DNA of 64,000 nt from Neophaeotheca triangularis (GCA_054600435.1 BAAIJX010000053.1:1-64000); one strand, 5' to 3'. Positions 36,796-49,627 are shown, numbered from the stretch's first letter. Notes: a model not told the origin generated them from the letters alone. Numbers and translations are program-made.

Positions 36796-39468
36796 TCACT
36801 GATTTTTGAACATGGTCTCGAGTGGTCGAGGTCCCAAAGGCCCATACCGCGACCCAGTTCCGGATGAAGGTCTTTGGTTCCCATACCCACGTGAATGACC
36901 ACCTCTCGGTTTGCTCTGAGGGGTCTTCTTCGTCTTCGTTTTGCTTTGAGAAGTCTGGAATTTTCGCTGGGAAGACGTGGGCCCATGACTGTCCTGGCAA
37001 GCCTCCTCGAACGCTCTGAGCAATACCTTCTCTTGCGTTAGCACGAGCGTTTTACGCTGTCTTAATGAGTAGTGTGAAGGACTTACCGCGAATGGCTGAT
37101 CTTCCATAGACCCGAAGACTGCGTGGTTGTTGAGCTTCAAGGCGGTCGATCGCGGGCTGCCAATGCCAAACGCAATGCGCGCAAGGAGCCTTGGGTCGTC
37201 TCTATCCGGGCAAGCCTCGAGAACCTTTTGGAAAGTTTCATCGTCGAAGTGGCCCGGATCTTTGGTGATGAGAGTCACAGGTTCGCCTTTCTCGCACCAC
37301 GAACAATGACCACAGTCTTTGCTTTGGCCTGGGAGGCTGTCGTCGAAGTGTGCTGCGAGAGATCTGGAGACACATGCAGAGCTAGTGACCAGATCATTGA
37401 CCTGCTTCATGCGATCCAGTTCCATGCGTTCACGTGCCTCCATCCCCGAGTACAGGTCGTCCACCACTGACTGCTTGGCTTCGGGGGTAAGTGGGAATGG
37501 CTTCGCCACTCGGTATACATTCACAACGCCACTCGCCTTCAAGTCTATGAGGCCTCTGTCATGCCACTCATTCAGTTTGGTAATGACGTCGTTTCGAGAA
37601 ATGTGCGCGGAAAGAGTGACGGCATCGACATCGACATGTGTGTTTGTGATGGCCTTCCTCGCGTGCCGTCGGACAGCCGTGCCAATCCCTGATTTGTCGG
37701 ATTCGACGCGAACGGGGGACAGTACCTTGTACTCGTAGCTTGTATATTTCGGCGTGACGGCCCGAAGGAGCCCGAAATCAAGCTCCAGCTGGGCATATAC
37801 GCTCTTGAGCACGGTTTGCTAGGAAATATCAGCCGCATATCTAGGTTTGATGCGTTTTGAAGGTATTTACCTTGACGTCGAATTCTTTACTTTGCTGATA
37901 ATGATTCGTCTCAATGACAATGCCCCCCGAAGAAGCAGTTTTCGGCGCTGAAAGGATGTTATGCAGCAAATCACTAACAGACTTCTTCGATGGGAGATCG
38001 CCTCTCGCAAAGCTCTCACGCAGGTGCATGTCTTCGCTACATAAGAATAGAGCGCAATTGCTTTCCAGGCCATCGCGTCCTGCTCGTCCAATCTCTTGGC
38101 TGTATCCTTCCACACTGCGCGGGATATCGTAGTGGACAATGGTGCGAATGTTGGACTTGTCAATGCCCATGCCAAAAGCGATGGTGGCCACAATTATTAG
38201 GTCCTTCGAGGCCATGAAAGAATCTTGGCAGGCCGTCTTCTCTGGTGTCGACATGCCTGCGTGGAAGTGCCGAGCCTTAAAGCCACTTTTCCTGATGTCG
38301 TTGGCTACCTGTTCGGCGTGCTTCTGGAGGGTAACGTAGATGATGGTAGGACCAGGATGCGCTCTGAGGAAGCTTAACAGGGCAGGATACGATTCTTTCT
38401 TCGTTTCGAAAGACTCGGCATGTAAGTGGAGGTTCGAGCGGTACGTCGTTGTACGAAAAGTTCCGGCATCAGGATCAATATCAAATGCTTTGCAGACGTC
38501 GGTGGCCACTCTAGGGGTTGCTGTGGCCGTGAGACAAACGACTCTCTCGGCTTGAATTTCTTTGGCGAATCGAGAGACTTTGAGGTAGTCGGGACGGAAG
38601 GCATGTCCCCATTCGGAGACGCAGTGGGCTTCGTCGACAGCCAACAGACGAACGCCGCCTCGCACTCGGGTCATGGATGAAACAAAGCCTTCGTTGTTCA
38701 ACCGTTCCGGCGCGCAGTAGAGAATCTTCAACGTGCCATCTTGCATCGACCTCACCGTGTCCATGTACTCATCTCTAGATTTAGTTGAATCCATGCATGC
38801 AGCACTAATACCTTTGCGCTTCAGAGCATCGACTTGATCTTTCATCAGTGCAATGAGTGGCGAAACGACTATAGTGATGCCGCCCTCTCCTGGACCTTGA
38901 CGAATGCCCTGGGCTTTGTCCATCGCTTCAAACGCCAATGCAGGTACCTGATAGCACAGACTCTTCCCACCACCTATTGAAGTGTCAGTGATAGCCGGAC
39001 GCACATCACGTGAAGCTGCTTACCTGTCGGGAATATCACGGTGCAGCTGCCACCTTCTAGCAGTCTCGTGATGGCGGCGGCCTGTTTGAGGCGGAAAGCT
39101 TCCAATCCAAAGCGCTCTCGTAGAACTGACTGGGCTACAGATGAGGCCAAAGAGTTTGCTGGCTCGGATGACTGGATCTGACGTATATTTCCAGAGACCT
39201 CCGGATCTGTGATGGTCTTTTGGCTGAGTCCCATAAGTTCGGCCTCATTGCTGGAATTGAGGCCAAATTCATCGTCATCATTGTCGTCTTTGTGAGTAAG
39301 AGCGACATCCATGGAGCGCTGCCGTTTGCTCTCGGGCTGGGCAAGGTCTTCATTGCCGCGCTTTTTTGGATTTGCCGGAGACCGAATCGCTTGTTGATTG
39401 AGTGACAGAAGTTCGGCGTCGTCGGCGGAGGAGTAACCAAATTCGTCCTCACTGGCGGCGGCGGCCAT
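36796..39468 (-). CDS. RecQ-family ATP-dependent DNA helicase (RecQ2/RecQ4-like, not Sgs1-sized); exons 39468-39024, 38973-37871, 37818-37087, 37026-36796
   Basis: FPTGGGKSLCYQ across intron 1, VSPLIALMKDQV, DEAHCVSEWGHAFRPDY, TATAT, ATIAFGMGIDK, QEIGRAGRDG and Zn-binding C..CGHCSWC. Confidence 0.92.
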
Positions 39469-40019
39469 TGCGGATGGCGGGTTGTGAATCGTCTTGAGTT
39501 TACACGCTGCACGCAGTATCCGGAGAAGTGATTGGAGGCGCTTCAACAAGATGGGAACACCATGGAAGGTGCAGGTGGATATTGGAAAAAGGGCCCGGGG
39601 AGGCGCGCTGAGTCGAAGTGACGTTGATGTATCGCGTTTGGAGCGCGCCATCACGTGACGGCCCGAAAAATGAGATGAGATGACTGGAGATAGAGATGGA
39701 ACATCAAACAATGAAATCACCAACTTGCGAGCCTTGCAACCTGGAACTAAATCTCTTACACCCCTCTTTTCACTACTAGATACTATTTTTCCAGCATCTT
39801 CCAAGTTCTTATTAACAAGAAGCATCTCTCTATCCATCGCAGCCCGGAGCAGTCGAGCAGCCAGTCCGAGGTCGGCGAATCCAGTCATTCGCTTCGCTTC
39901 GCGCAAAAAAGTTGACGAGTTAATACCTACATAGTACCATCCTATCAACCTATTTCATACTTTGTATTCCCTACCCGCTCTGGATCCCTGCCTTTGGTTA
40001 GCATCGCAAACACGCAGAC

Positions 40020-41545
40020 ATGTCCGTTCGTTCTGCTAGCAAGCGCATCGGCGCCATTGTCCGAACCCAGCAGTCGTCGCTGAGGAGAGAAACTCGACGG
40101 GGCTATGCCAGTCCTATCGCAACAACGCAAGCCTCGAGTCTTCCCTCAGACCTCAAAGATGCTATTCAAGTAGGATGATGCCTGTCGTATCCACACACAA
40201 GCGCCTAGTAACAAGATACTCGCAGAAAGAGGCCACACTACCAACCCCTGATCCGCCGAGCGACTCCCAAACCTCTCGTCTGGTCGCTTCGCAGTCCCCC
40301 TACATGGTCCCCACCTACGTTCGTCCACCGCCCGTCTTCCAGCAAGGCGAGGGCTGCTACCTCTGGGACGTCGAGAACCGGCAATATCTCGATTTCACAG
40401 CAGGCATCGCGGTCAACGCCCTCGGTCACTGCGACCCCGAGATGAGCAAGATCCTTTACCAACAATCGCAAACCCTCGTACACTCATCGAACCTCTACTA
40501 CAACCCCTGGATCGGCAGCTTGAGCAAGCTATTGGTGGAGAAGACGAAGGAAGCAGGAGCCATGAAAGACGCCAGCAGGGTCTTCATCTGCAACAGCGGC
40601 AGCGAGGCCAACGAAGCGGCCATAAAGTTCGCTAGGAAGTGCGGACGCACTGTGCAGCCTGACGGCAGCAAGCACGAGATCGTCAGCTTCCACAATTCCT
40701 TCCACGGCCGTACCATGGGCTCCCTCTCCGCCACACCGAACCCGAAATACCAAAAGCCCTTTGCGCCCATGATCCCCGGCTTCCGCTACGGTACCTACAA
40801 CGACATCTCAAGCATCAACGAACTCGTAACCGAAAACACCTGCGGTGTCCTGATCGAGCCTATCCAAGGCGAAGGCGGTGTCAACGTCGCAAGCCACGAA
40901 TTCCTCCTCGCACTCCGCAAACGCTGCACAGAAGTCGGCGCTATACTCGTCTACGACGAAATCCAATGCGGCCTCGGACGCACGGGCAAACTCTGGGCCC
41001 ACGCCGACCTGCCACCCGAAGCGCACCCAGACGTCCTCACCACGGCCAAAGCCCTCGGCAACGGCTTCCCCATCGGCGCCACTATGGTCACGGAGGAAGT
41101 CTCCAACAAAATCGCTACGGGCGACCACGGCACCACTTTCGGCGGCAACCCGCTTGGCTGCCGTCTGGCCCACTACATCGTCAGCCGGCTCTCGGAACCC
41201 GAGCTCCAGCAAGGTGTGCTCGACAAGGAAACCCTCTTCCGCCAGCACATGACACGCTTGCACGAAAAGTTCCCCGACGTCATCACCGAAGTGCGTGGCA
41301 AGGGCTTGATCTTGGGAATGCAATTGAGCGCCGACCCGACTCCCGTGGTCACTGCGGCGCGCGAGAGGGGACTGTTGGTTATTACTTGCGGTACTAATAC
41401 TTTGAGGTTCGTGCCGCCTTTGATTATTTCTGAGGAGGAGATTGCAAAGGGTATGGGAATCTTAGAGGAGGCTATGACGGCGGTTTTTCGCGAGGCTGGG
41501 AAAATTGAAGGCACGGATGGGCAGCAGGAGATGCGGTCGAGTTAG
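40020..41545 (+). CDS. ARG8: Mitochondrial acetylornithine aminotransferase; exons 40020-40169, 40226-41545
   Basis: Presequence MSVRSASKRIG..RRGYA, YLDFTAGIAVNALGH, NSGSEANEAAIKFAR, DEIQCGLGRTG, AKALGNGFPIG (PLP Lys) and HGTTFGGNP. Confidence 0.95.
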
Positions 41546-42297
41546 AAGTTACGCGCGGGTGGAGGGCTTGCTGGCTGGCTGTTTGGAAAGCATAGCGAGG
41601 CGTTTGGTGGCGCAGTTGGGAAGGCCATGATGCTGATATTTGAGCGGACATGTTGTTTTACATGTAGAGATCTTGTGAGGTTTTGCTTTGATGCCAACCA
41701 GACAGGGCCCATTCAATATTGTTTGGAGCCCACATGTAACCTTTGATGAGGATACCTGTTTCAGACCTGCTCAGGCCCCTGTAGTTCAGGGAGAGCAGTC
41801 AGCCCTGGGATGTAAAGTGCTGACTGAGGTAGCTGATTGCTCATTACGGCGGGTCTAAGAACCCACTGTTCTATGGACGGTCTAACATTGTTCTTTCAAT
41901 ACTCACACGCATTCCGAACCTGACTTCTTCCGTCCTTTGGCGCGCGCGGCAACTTGCATGTAGCAGGCTTCTCAGTCACCGCAAGCCCAGTGCCTTTGTA
42001 GCTCCCATCCCGCTCGACAGGGAGGGTGGAGTAGTGGTTGCGACTTTGCTCACGCTCTTATCGCTGCCAATTACTCCCTATCCAACGTGACCTCAAAGAG
42101 CCCTCCAAACATAGTCCGCGGCTTATTGGCAGCCGACCAAAGTCTGCCTTGGACAGCTGCAACGACTTCGCTAGGGGCGGTAAGACTTTCCGACACAGGA
42201 GCTGACAAGACGAGAGTCACCACTCGTCGACGACGGTGCCCTTGCCTGGTATAGCCACTAATTCCAAACTGCAGGCCCTCTAAACGCACTCCTGTAC

Positions 42298-44105
42298 TCA
42301 CTTCCTCTCCAAATTCTTATAAAGCACCTGCTCGCGCATCGTAAAACTGACCAGCGCCGCGAGCGTTGCGAACCCCAACACGACGACCCACACCCCACGC
42401 AGCGCATCAACGTAAGCGGCAATAACGCCATCATGCCAGCCCTCGGGCAATTTGGAAATCTCGTCGACCGAGTCCCGTAGCCTTCCGATTTCCTCCGCGG
42501 CGCCCGGGAACCCGGCGAAGCGGTCGTTGAGGCCGTGTTTGAGGAGATTGGAGAAGACGGAGCCGGCGATGGTGATGCCTATGGAGGAGCCGGTGGAGCG
42601 AAAAGCGTACGAAGCGGAAGTTGCCACGGCTTGGTATTTGTGGTCGACGCTTGCGATGAGCGCGAGAAGTGTGACTGTCAAAGTGCAGCCGTATGCGGTG
42701 CCTGTTAGGAAGAGGTAGATGAAGGGCGGCGCGGTTTGCACGTCTCGAGTGAAAGTCGCGAGGATCAGGGCTGCGGCGGTGATGGAAGTGAGCTGCGCGA
42801 GCACGTTGAGCCACCAGTAGCGGCCGGTTTTGCGCATTAAGAGGCCCGCGCTCAGTGAGCCTAGGGCGGTGCCTGCGCTTTGCGGGATTAGGCGGTAGCC
42901 GGCTTCTTGGGCGGAGAGGCCGAGGACGACCTGGAAATATATCGGGCCGTAGTAGAGGAGGGCGAATATTGACATGGTGATGAACCAATTTGTTGCGCAG
43001 GCTGCTGCTACGGTTCTGTCCAGGAGCATGCGCACGGGGATGACGGGTTCCGATGCCACTCGGTCTTCGACATAGATGAAGACGAGGAGGAAGAATAGGC
43101 TGAGTGGAAGCGAGACGGTGACTAGAGGGTGGCTCCAAGGTACGATGTTGCCTCCGCTGTTGAGTCCCAGCAACAGCAGTACAAGTGTTGCGCTCAGCGT
43201 GGCCGCGCCTAGGAAGTCAACCCTCCTAATCTTCGAGCCGTCTGTCTCCTTGATGGGCACGTCGATGGAGATATATGCGGAAATCCCAGCCAGGATGATG
43301 AACGGGATCTGGAGGTAGAAGGCCCAGCGCCAGCCGATAGTATCGTGCATGGCACCTCCAAAAACCCCACCTAAACCCATACCGGTCCCGAATACCAAAT
43401 TTCCAATCCCTTGCCACACACCTCGCCTCCTCAATGGTATCAGGTCACTTCCCACAAACGTGCTGATCGTGTTCAGGCAGCCTCCACCCATGCCTGCAAT
43501 GACTCTCCCGGCGACGATGAGCCATGCGGAAGTAGCCAGCCCGCACATCAGCGTGCCAGCGGCGAAGAAGATGGAGGCGAAAGCTATCCCGGTCCTCCTA
43601 CCGTAAATATCGGTCAGCTTGCCGGAGAGCGGTTGACAAGCGGCGTTTGCGACCAGGTAGCCTGTAGCGAGCCATGAGAAGAGCGTAAAGGACTCGAACT
43701 CGGTACTAATGGGACCGGAGAGGGTCGCGATGATGGTAGAGTCTGAAGCATGGCCGTCAGTATGCGCTCCTACGATGCAGTTTCACTTTGCCCTACCTAA
43801 AGCAGCCATGAAAGTTCCAGCCCAGAGTCTGTCGATCATTCCCATGTCAGTCAGTGCTTTAAGACCTCCTACCAAATTCTTGATCCTACTCACGATCCCA
43901 TAGTAACCACCAACTTCCTCGTGCTCGGCTCATCAGCTATAGGCACGGTATTGGCCTCGTACTCTCTTCGCTCCTGTTCAGCCTGCGCCTCGATCGTCCC
44001 ATTGTCGGACGCTCGACTGCCCGCTGCGCCCAGCAGAGGGTCAGTCTCCCGCTCATCCACCGGCGTAGGCGAGACCACCTTCAATCCAGCTTCCTTGCGC
44101 GCCAT
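42298..44105 (-). CDS. MFS 14-TM (DHA2 / Vba-Fnx1-like) transporter; exons 44105-43894, 43828-43797, 43742-42298
   Basis: ETDPLL dileucine vacuolar-type signal, AALDSTIIATL, GKLTDIYGRR, IGWRWAFY and DFLGA; two in-phase introns. Confidence 0.9.
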
Positions 44106-45337
44106 GAATGTGAACAATATCCGGTGCGAGGCTCATTGTAGGCAAAGTGCTTGGAGGTGTTGTCGTTGGGTGACTGTTCGGCGCTCTAGCCGGGTAGTGG
44201 GTCGCCCTGGTCGCCGACTCGGCTGAACGTTCATTCGCCTTCCCCATGTGGTATGGCGCGCCAGCATCCGGTATCGCATGAGCCTGCAGCTCCAACATCA
44301 CCTCGTCACTTTGTCGAAAGGCCGAATGATGATGGATTCTATTAAGAAATCCATATGCGCGTAACACCGAGCTCGGCAAGCCTCTGGACTTGATGAGTTG
44401 GACATCCAGAGATGTCATACGCTTTCCACGCCTTCATCAAAGCTCGGAGGGCCCACGCAAATTAGCAGAACGTACTCCTCGTATCACATACGCCTGAAAT
44501 CGCTCAATGTGCCCGGGGGCGCGAGACATTGGAATGCCGTTGTGATTGAGCTCTTCCAAGGACGGTGCGCAGCAGCTGGTCTGACGAGTTCGGAGAAGGC
44601 ATTGTTCCAGTAACATGGACTGCAAGCCTACACCACCAGTACCACCGTGGCTCACATGGTCGCATATGGCGTTCAACGTCCCTGGTACGCTCGATTGCAG
44701 AAAATGGAATGCACAAGAAAGACGTGTCGAGGATCTCCAGCTGTTGTGGTGACCTCTCGATTGGAGTCGATAATCGTATGGCGGCTTCCACGCAACAGAT
44801 TTCCTCTCGGTTAGGAGCCAAGGGGACCTGTGTGCAGACCAGAGCGGATAATTTGAGGCCTTAGTTTATGCGCGAGGTCGGACTAGACGATGGTGATATT
44901 GTGAAGGAAGATCACAAGATGTGGAGAGCTACTCCGAGAATCCGAAGACACAAGGCTCGCAAGCTCGGATGCAATTTGATCTGTCAAGACCTCAAGAATC
45001 GCTCAATCAACGCGTTACGCCTCAGCGATGACAATGCCTCAGACAAGTATGTCGCAAGGCTGCACCTGCGAATCTCCACCTCATGACAAGACAATTTATT
45101 CAAAATGCTGCCAAGCTTCAGCATAAACCAGGACGCCCCTGCCACTGTGTCAAGATATCGGGAAGTGCTACAAGGAGATGTTTGCCGTCTGAGAGGATCC
45201 GATAGCAAGTACTTTGTCGTGGTCGGAGTGGGTGTGAAAGAGCTCCGGTCTAGAGATCACCAAGTCACAGGCGACATCCCTTAGCAAAAGTTTCTAGACT
45301 ATATATTTACCCCGTCGCCGACCACATTATGTGAGTG

Positions 45338-45598
45338 AGAAACTTGAAAACTTGAATTAATGATTTACAATGGTCTAATGGCTGGTAACCACACAGACCT
45401 TCCCTCTTGCTGACCCCCCTTAGATTCTCAAGTTATAGATAAGACTGCGGTTCGAATCCCAGCTCTATACACTTCGCAAAAGCAAACCAGCCTTCGGGTG
45501 CGGGTTCTGCTAAGTGGTTTCTTCTCCCTTTGGGAGTTTCTTTTTGCCTTTTTCCCTCGGTAAGTGGGAGAAGGCATTGGAGGTGGGTGCTGTTTTTT
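45338..45598 (+). ncRNA. Candidate structured Pol III (A-box/B-box) RNA or tRNA-derived element; not a canonical tRNA
   Basis: A-box TGGTCTAATGG 45371-45381 and perfect B-box GGTTCGAATCC 45449-45459. TATATA at ~45300, several helices including a C(UUCG)G tetraloop, and T-runs at 45537-45545 and 45593-45598. Confidence 0.5.
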
Positions 45599-45902
45599 GT
45601 AACATCTTGCTATTTTAACGATTTACTGCTATCTATCATGCTCAGAGAGTTTCTGCCAGCAATCTACAAAAGCGCGAGCAAACCGCATATTCAATCCCCC
45701 GCCAAACTCCCGAACAGCTACCGCCCACATAGCGCGACCGGTAATCACACCCCTTCCAAGAACCAGCTAACACACGGTTGCATAAAGTGAACTCCCAACT
45801 CCAGATCCAACCTCAACTCAGCAGCGACAGCTCCCGTTTACAAGATTTAAGTCTACATCCCAGTGACCCAGTCTTCGAGGCGTTTGGGAAAGCTAGCCTG
45901 TA

Positions 45903-48444
45903 CTATGCTATCAGACGTAAGTCTCCTTCCTCCGGCAAGGCTCCGACCGCCTCGCAGAGGTCTCTGATGTCGCGAACATCGTCACCTTGCCTCAACGGCC
46001 AAACAATCTTCGAAAGCTTCTCCTCCAAGTTGACGAACTGCTCTAATCCGACGGGAACGAAATAGTGACACCCTGAGCGCTCAAGGCCTGACCTTCCACT
46101 GTATGGGGCGTTGCTCCTTCCCTTCTTCCTCCACAGATCCCGGCCATATCTCATGACTTCGGCCACTCCGCCACTGGCTATCACCAGGTCTGTGACGACG
46201 TCGCACAACAACGCCATGGCTTTTCCCTCGTCGCTGGGGTATAGTTCGTGCCACTGCTCACTCTTTGGCTTGCGCCAATGGCCAGGAGTCACAGGTATCC
46301 ATTCCACTCTCGAAAGACACTGCAACTCGGTGTCCTCCTTTTCGGGTAGCAAATTTCGTTTCTTCCGAAAGACAGTCAGGGCCTGCCAGCGTCTCACGAA
46401 CGACTTTGAGGCATTTACAAGGGCGGTGTCCGGATGCGCCAGGGCGGGTTCGATAGCTGTGCCCAAGGCTAGGTCGAGCGTGAGGCTAACCTTGGGTACA
46501 CCACAAGCATCGTAACGCATGACGTCGTCGAGCAGAAAGTAAGCGTTCAACGCGATGGTTTTCCAATGTGCGAGAAGTGCGGCAACGTCGTCGTGGGGAG
46601 GTGGGTCCGCGACGACGTGGACGTGGAGGAAGCGACGGACGTGCTGCTCATGTCGAAAGGCATCGCGCAGCTCCACACGGCCATCTAGATGATTTTCCCA
46701 GGTCACTTTGACGCCGTTGACGTACACCCGAAACGGCTTTCTGCTGTGGAGCTCGAGGAGAAGCGTAGAATATTTCCGAAAGACGTAGAGTGCTTCATTG
46801 CGCACGTCGTACGAGCTCTTGTGCATATCATACAAGAGGCGATTTGACACGCTCGGATGCGGCATGAAGTCGTTGCTTGCCAAAGCGTGCCGGAGGACCC
46901 TGCTGCGAAGCTCCCAAGGCAACTTCATCAACGGGAGTGCACCTGGTACCTTTGCAGCGCAATGGATCTGCATCATGCGATTTCTTTCGCTGAGGAGCCC
47001 TATAGCAAGGTCAGCGGACGTTGTCAGGTGTTAACGAGACATGGACTCATACATGCAATGGAAGTGTTCCGATCATTCTGCTCGACCGGGTCCTTGCGCA
47101 GTTCCAAACCAGCGTCATCTTGATCACAGAACAAGGGCGTATCCCATGCTTACCATGTCAGCATGCTTGGCTCTACTTGGTAAATAGACAAGCCTCACTC
47201 ACGTCCTACCCACAATGGGCAAGCAGGGAATCCGCACTTTGTGCGGTGAGCCCCGAACGTAAAATGATAGCAGACTCGTTCAATGCTGGGCAAGCACAAC
47301 GGGCCGGATGCCTGAAGGAGTTCACGCAGGAATTGCTATTCTTGCTCATTAGTATTCGGAAGATTGCGGCCCAATTCTGGAAAGAACATACTGAATAGCG
47401 CACAATGCGACGCCACTTGTGGTAGTCTGCAGGCATTAGATTGTCATCCATTCGGGAGAGTTCTTCGTTATTGCCGACTTCAAAACCATATCGTCGCGCC
47501 ATTGGGCCGCAGTTTTCGCACTTATCGACATGGTCACTTAGCTCGCATGATGCATCTCCCCCGTCGCGATTGAGCCTGCCATTGTATTCTTGCGGGTTGT
47601 CTTGCTCGGAAAGGGTAGGCGATTCCAGCACAGGCCCTTCTATTGCAGACGAAGTGTGAAGGTTACGTGGCGTTGGACCTGGTTTTGCCCTGTCACTTGA
47701 ATAGTCATTTCCGGTATTCAATTCTGCGTCCTCTCCGGCTTTGTCTTCGTGGCAAAATTCCTCGTCGTCGTTATCCAGAATATTTGTGGGGGCCTCCAAG
47801 TCCTTGGTCGTTTTGTTGTCGTCATCAAGTATGAGGTCGCAAGCTGTGGTAGCCAAAGTATCATCGTCAAATGCACGGTTGGTTCCGATAGACCGCGTTT
47901 CCAGAGATATCGCTTCATCGATCCTCGCCGCGCTTTTCAGGGGCTCAAGAGATTCGTGAAGCAGGTCACAGGGTGAGCGGTCGTCCACTGCAACGGTCGA
48001 TACTTCCTCTTTGCGCACTGATAATCCACGCATTGAGAAACTTCGGTGCCATCGTTTGTCGGTTTTGGAAGGCCTTCTTGGAAGTTTGCAAGGGCTTGGT
48101 GCTGTTCTTGTTTGCCGCCATCGACACTGATCGTCGTGCTTGCGATTCGGTCGGCGCGTACCAGTTCCCCAGATGTCCGCATCGTTCTTAGTGAAGCTAC
48201 CCTTTTCGTCCATGAATTCATTGGCGGTGCTGGAGATAGACATAGACCGCACATGACTAAGTTCCTTTGGCCTTTCCCGCGCGCTCAATGTATCCGGACG
48301 AGCTCTGCCTCGCGCAATAATGTCTTTCCATCTGTTCAGCGTGTCGGACAATTTCCAAGCGCCTTTCAAAATACGCCATGTGCGCGAGTCCACAGACCGC
48401 TCATCGTTTGTCGGACACGGCCGGCCTGGAGTGGTGACGCCCAT
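45903..48444 (-). CDS. Hypothetical 792-aa protein with an internal F-box-like motif; exons 48444-47392, 47335-47203, 47148-47053, 46999-45903
   Basis: Three short canonical introns (56, 54, 53 nt; GTATGT/GTGAGT/GTATGA donors, TACTAAT/GCTGAC branches) join two long ORFs in frame. LMKLPWELRSRVLRHAL resembles the fungal F-box/2EXR-like LPxELR motif. Confidence 0.65.
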
Positions 48445-49627
48445 GGCCTTGCAAAGGGTACTATGGTTTGATTGGACGAAGAACAAGCTGCTCGAGGACC
48501 ACAACTCTGCGAAATCGAAAGGGAAAAAGATGAAAAGAAGAAGACTACAAGGAATTCGAGCATGACCCATATATCTACTTTTTAGCTGAGTCCGTTGACG
48601 CGACAAGTGGCAACCAAGAGCTTCGCATAGCCATTGACTGTCAGCTCTTGTCATGAACAGGCTTGAATGCTTACCATTGGATGATAGCGTTCCGCAAATT
48701 GGTCTAACATCCAACAAGTAATACTTTGCTTATATGGGCACGCCCTGATTGGACCGCGGGAAAATTATACCAAGGCCTTGATCGGGACTGCATCAACACA
48801 GCCTGCCTGAGGGGCCAGAGCTCCACAGTACCCATGGAAGAAGAGGCGTGCAAGCTGTAGCTATCAATTGGAGAGGAGCCTGTGGCGCGCTCGTGTCTGG
48901 CGTAGGAATGATAGCCCAGTGTTGGTGTAGCGCATGCGTAGACTACGATCAGGTGGGAGTGATTGCTAAGCGTCACGTATGTGAGCTCGTGGATCCGCAT
49001 GAAACTACTGAGAAGGGTTGACTGCTGTACGACATTTGGCAAGCGGCTATCGGAATGGTCTCCTTCGAGCCGACAAAGAATCATCGGCAAATGTCGGGGT
49101 AGCGGTGGCATCGCGTTTGGTCGTTGGGCCCATCCTGAAGGCACGAGTGACTATCGAGTCACTGGCTGCCGTGAAGATCCAGCTTCAATGCTGAGGAGCC
49201 TGAGGTCTTATTGGGTGAGTGAAGGTGAGCAACGGGGAAGCATAGGGCTTGGGCACGCTTAGTGTACTGGGCAGGTGTGTTCCAGGGACAAGCTCGATCA
49301 ATCGAAGGACGGGGCGGCAAATGTAAGAAGAGACGATGAAGCAGAAGGATGGGAACGAGGATGAGAATGGGGGACGTAGCTTCTATTTAGTAAGGGGCCT
49401 TATTTGTAAAGCAGCTCGTTGCTTGGGGCTAGAAGATAATCTTATCTAATCAGATTTCAATCACCAGATAAGATTGGGAGCAGTCTCATCGCTCAGCCCC
49501 TCGATCTCTGCCCAAAAATTGTAAGAGCGCCCGTACTTCTATGCCTCTGAGGTCTGTTATCTCCTCTCACCGTTCACTCTCCCGACCGTTCTATCTACCT
49601 AGAAATATCCACGTCGGCTTCCGCAAA

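Noticed and set aside
39469..39948. 160-aa upstream extension of the RecQ first-exon ORF
   Set aside because: Begins at a non-ATG codon in the ORF track and spans the RecQ/ARG8 divergent promoter; ATG 39468 has a good context.
45359..45413. C/D box snoRNA (ATGATT...CTGA)
   Set aside because: Poor C box, only ~55 nt long, and the CACAGACCT 18S-like antisense stretch is not adjacent to a D box.
45364..45470. Canonical (intron-containing) tRNA gene
   Set aside because: A and B boxes are present, but there is no acceptor stem (TTTACAA vs CTCTATA), the T-stem is bulged, and no anticodon arm can be built.
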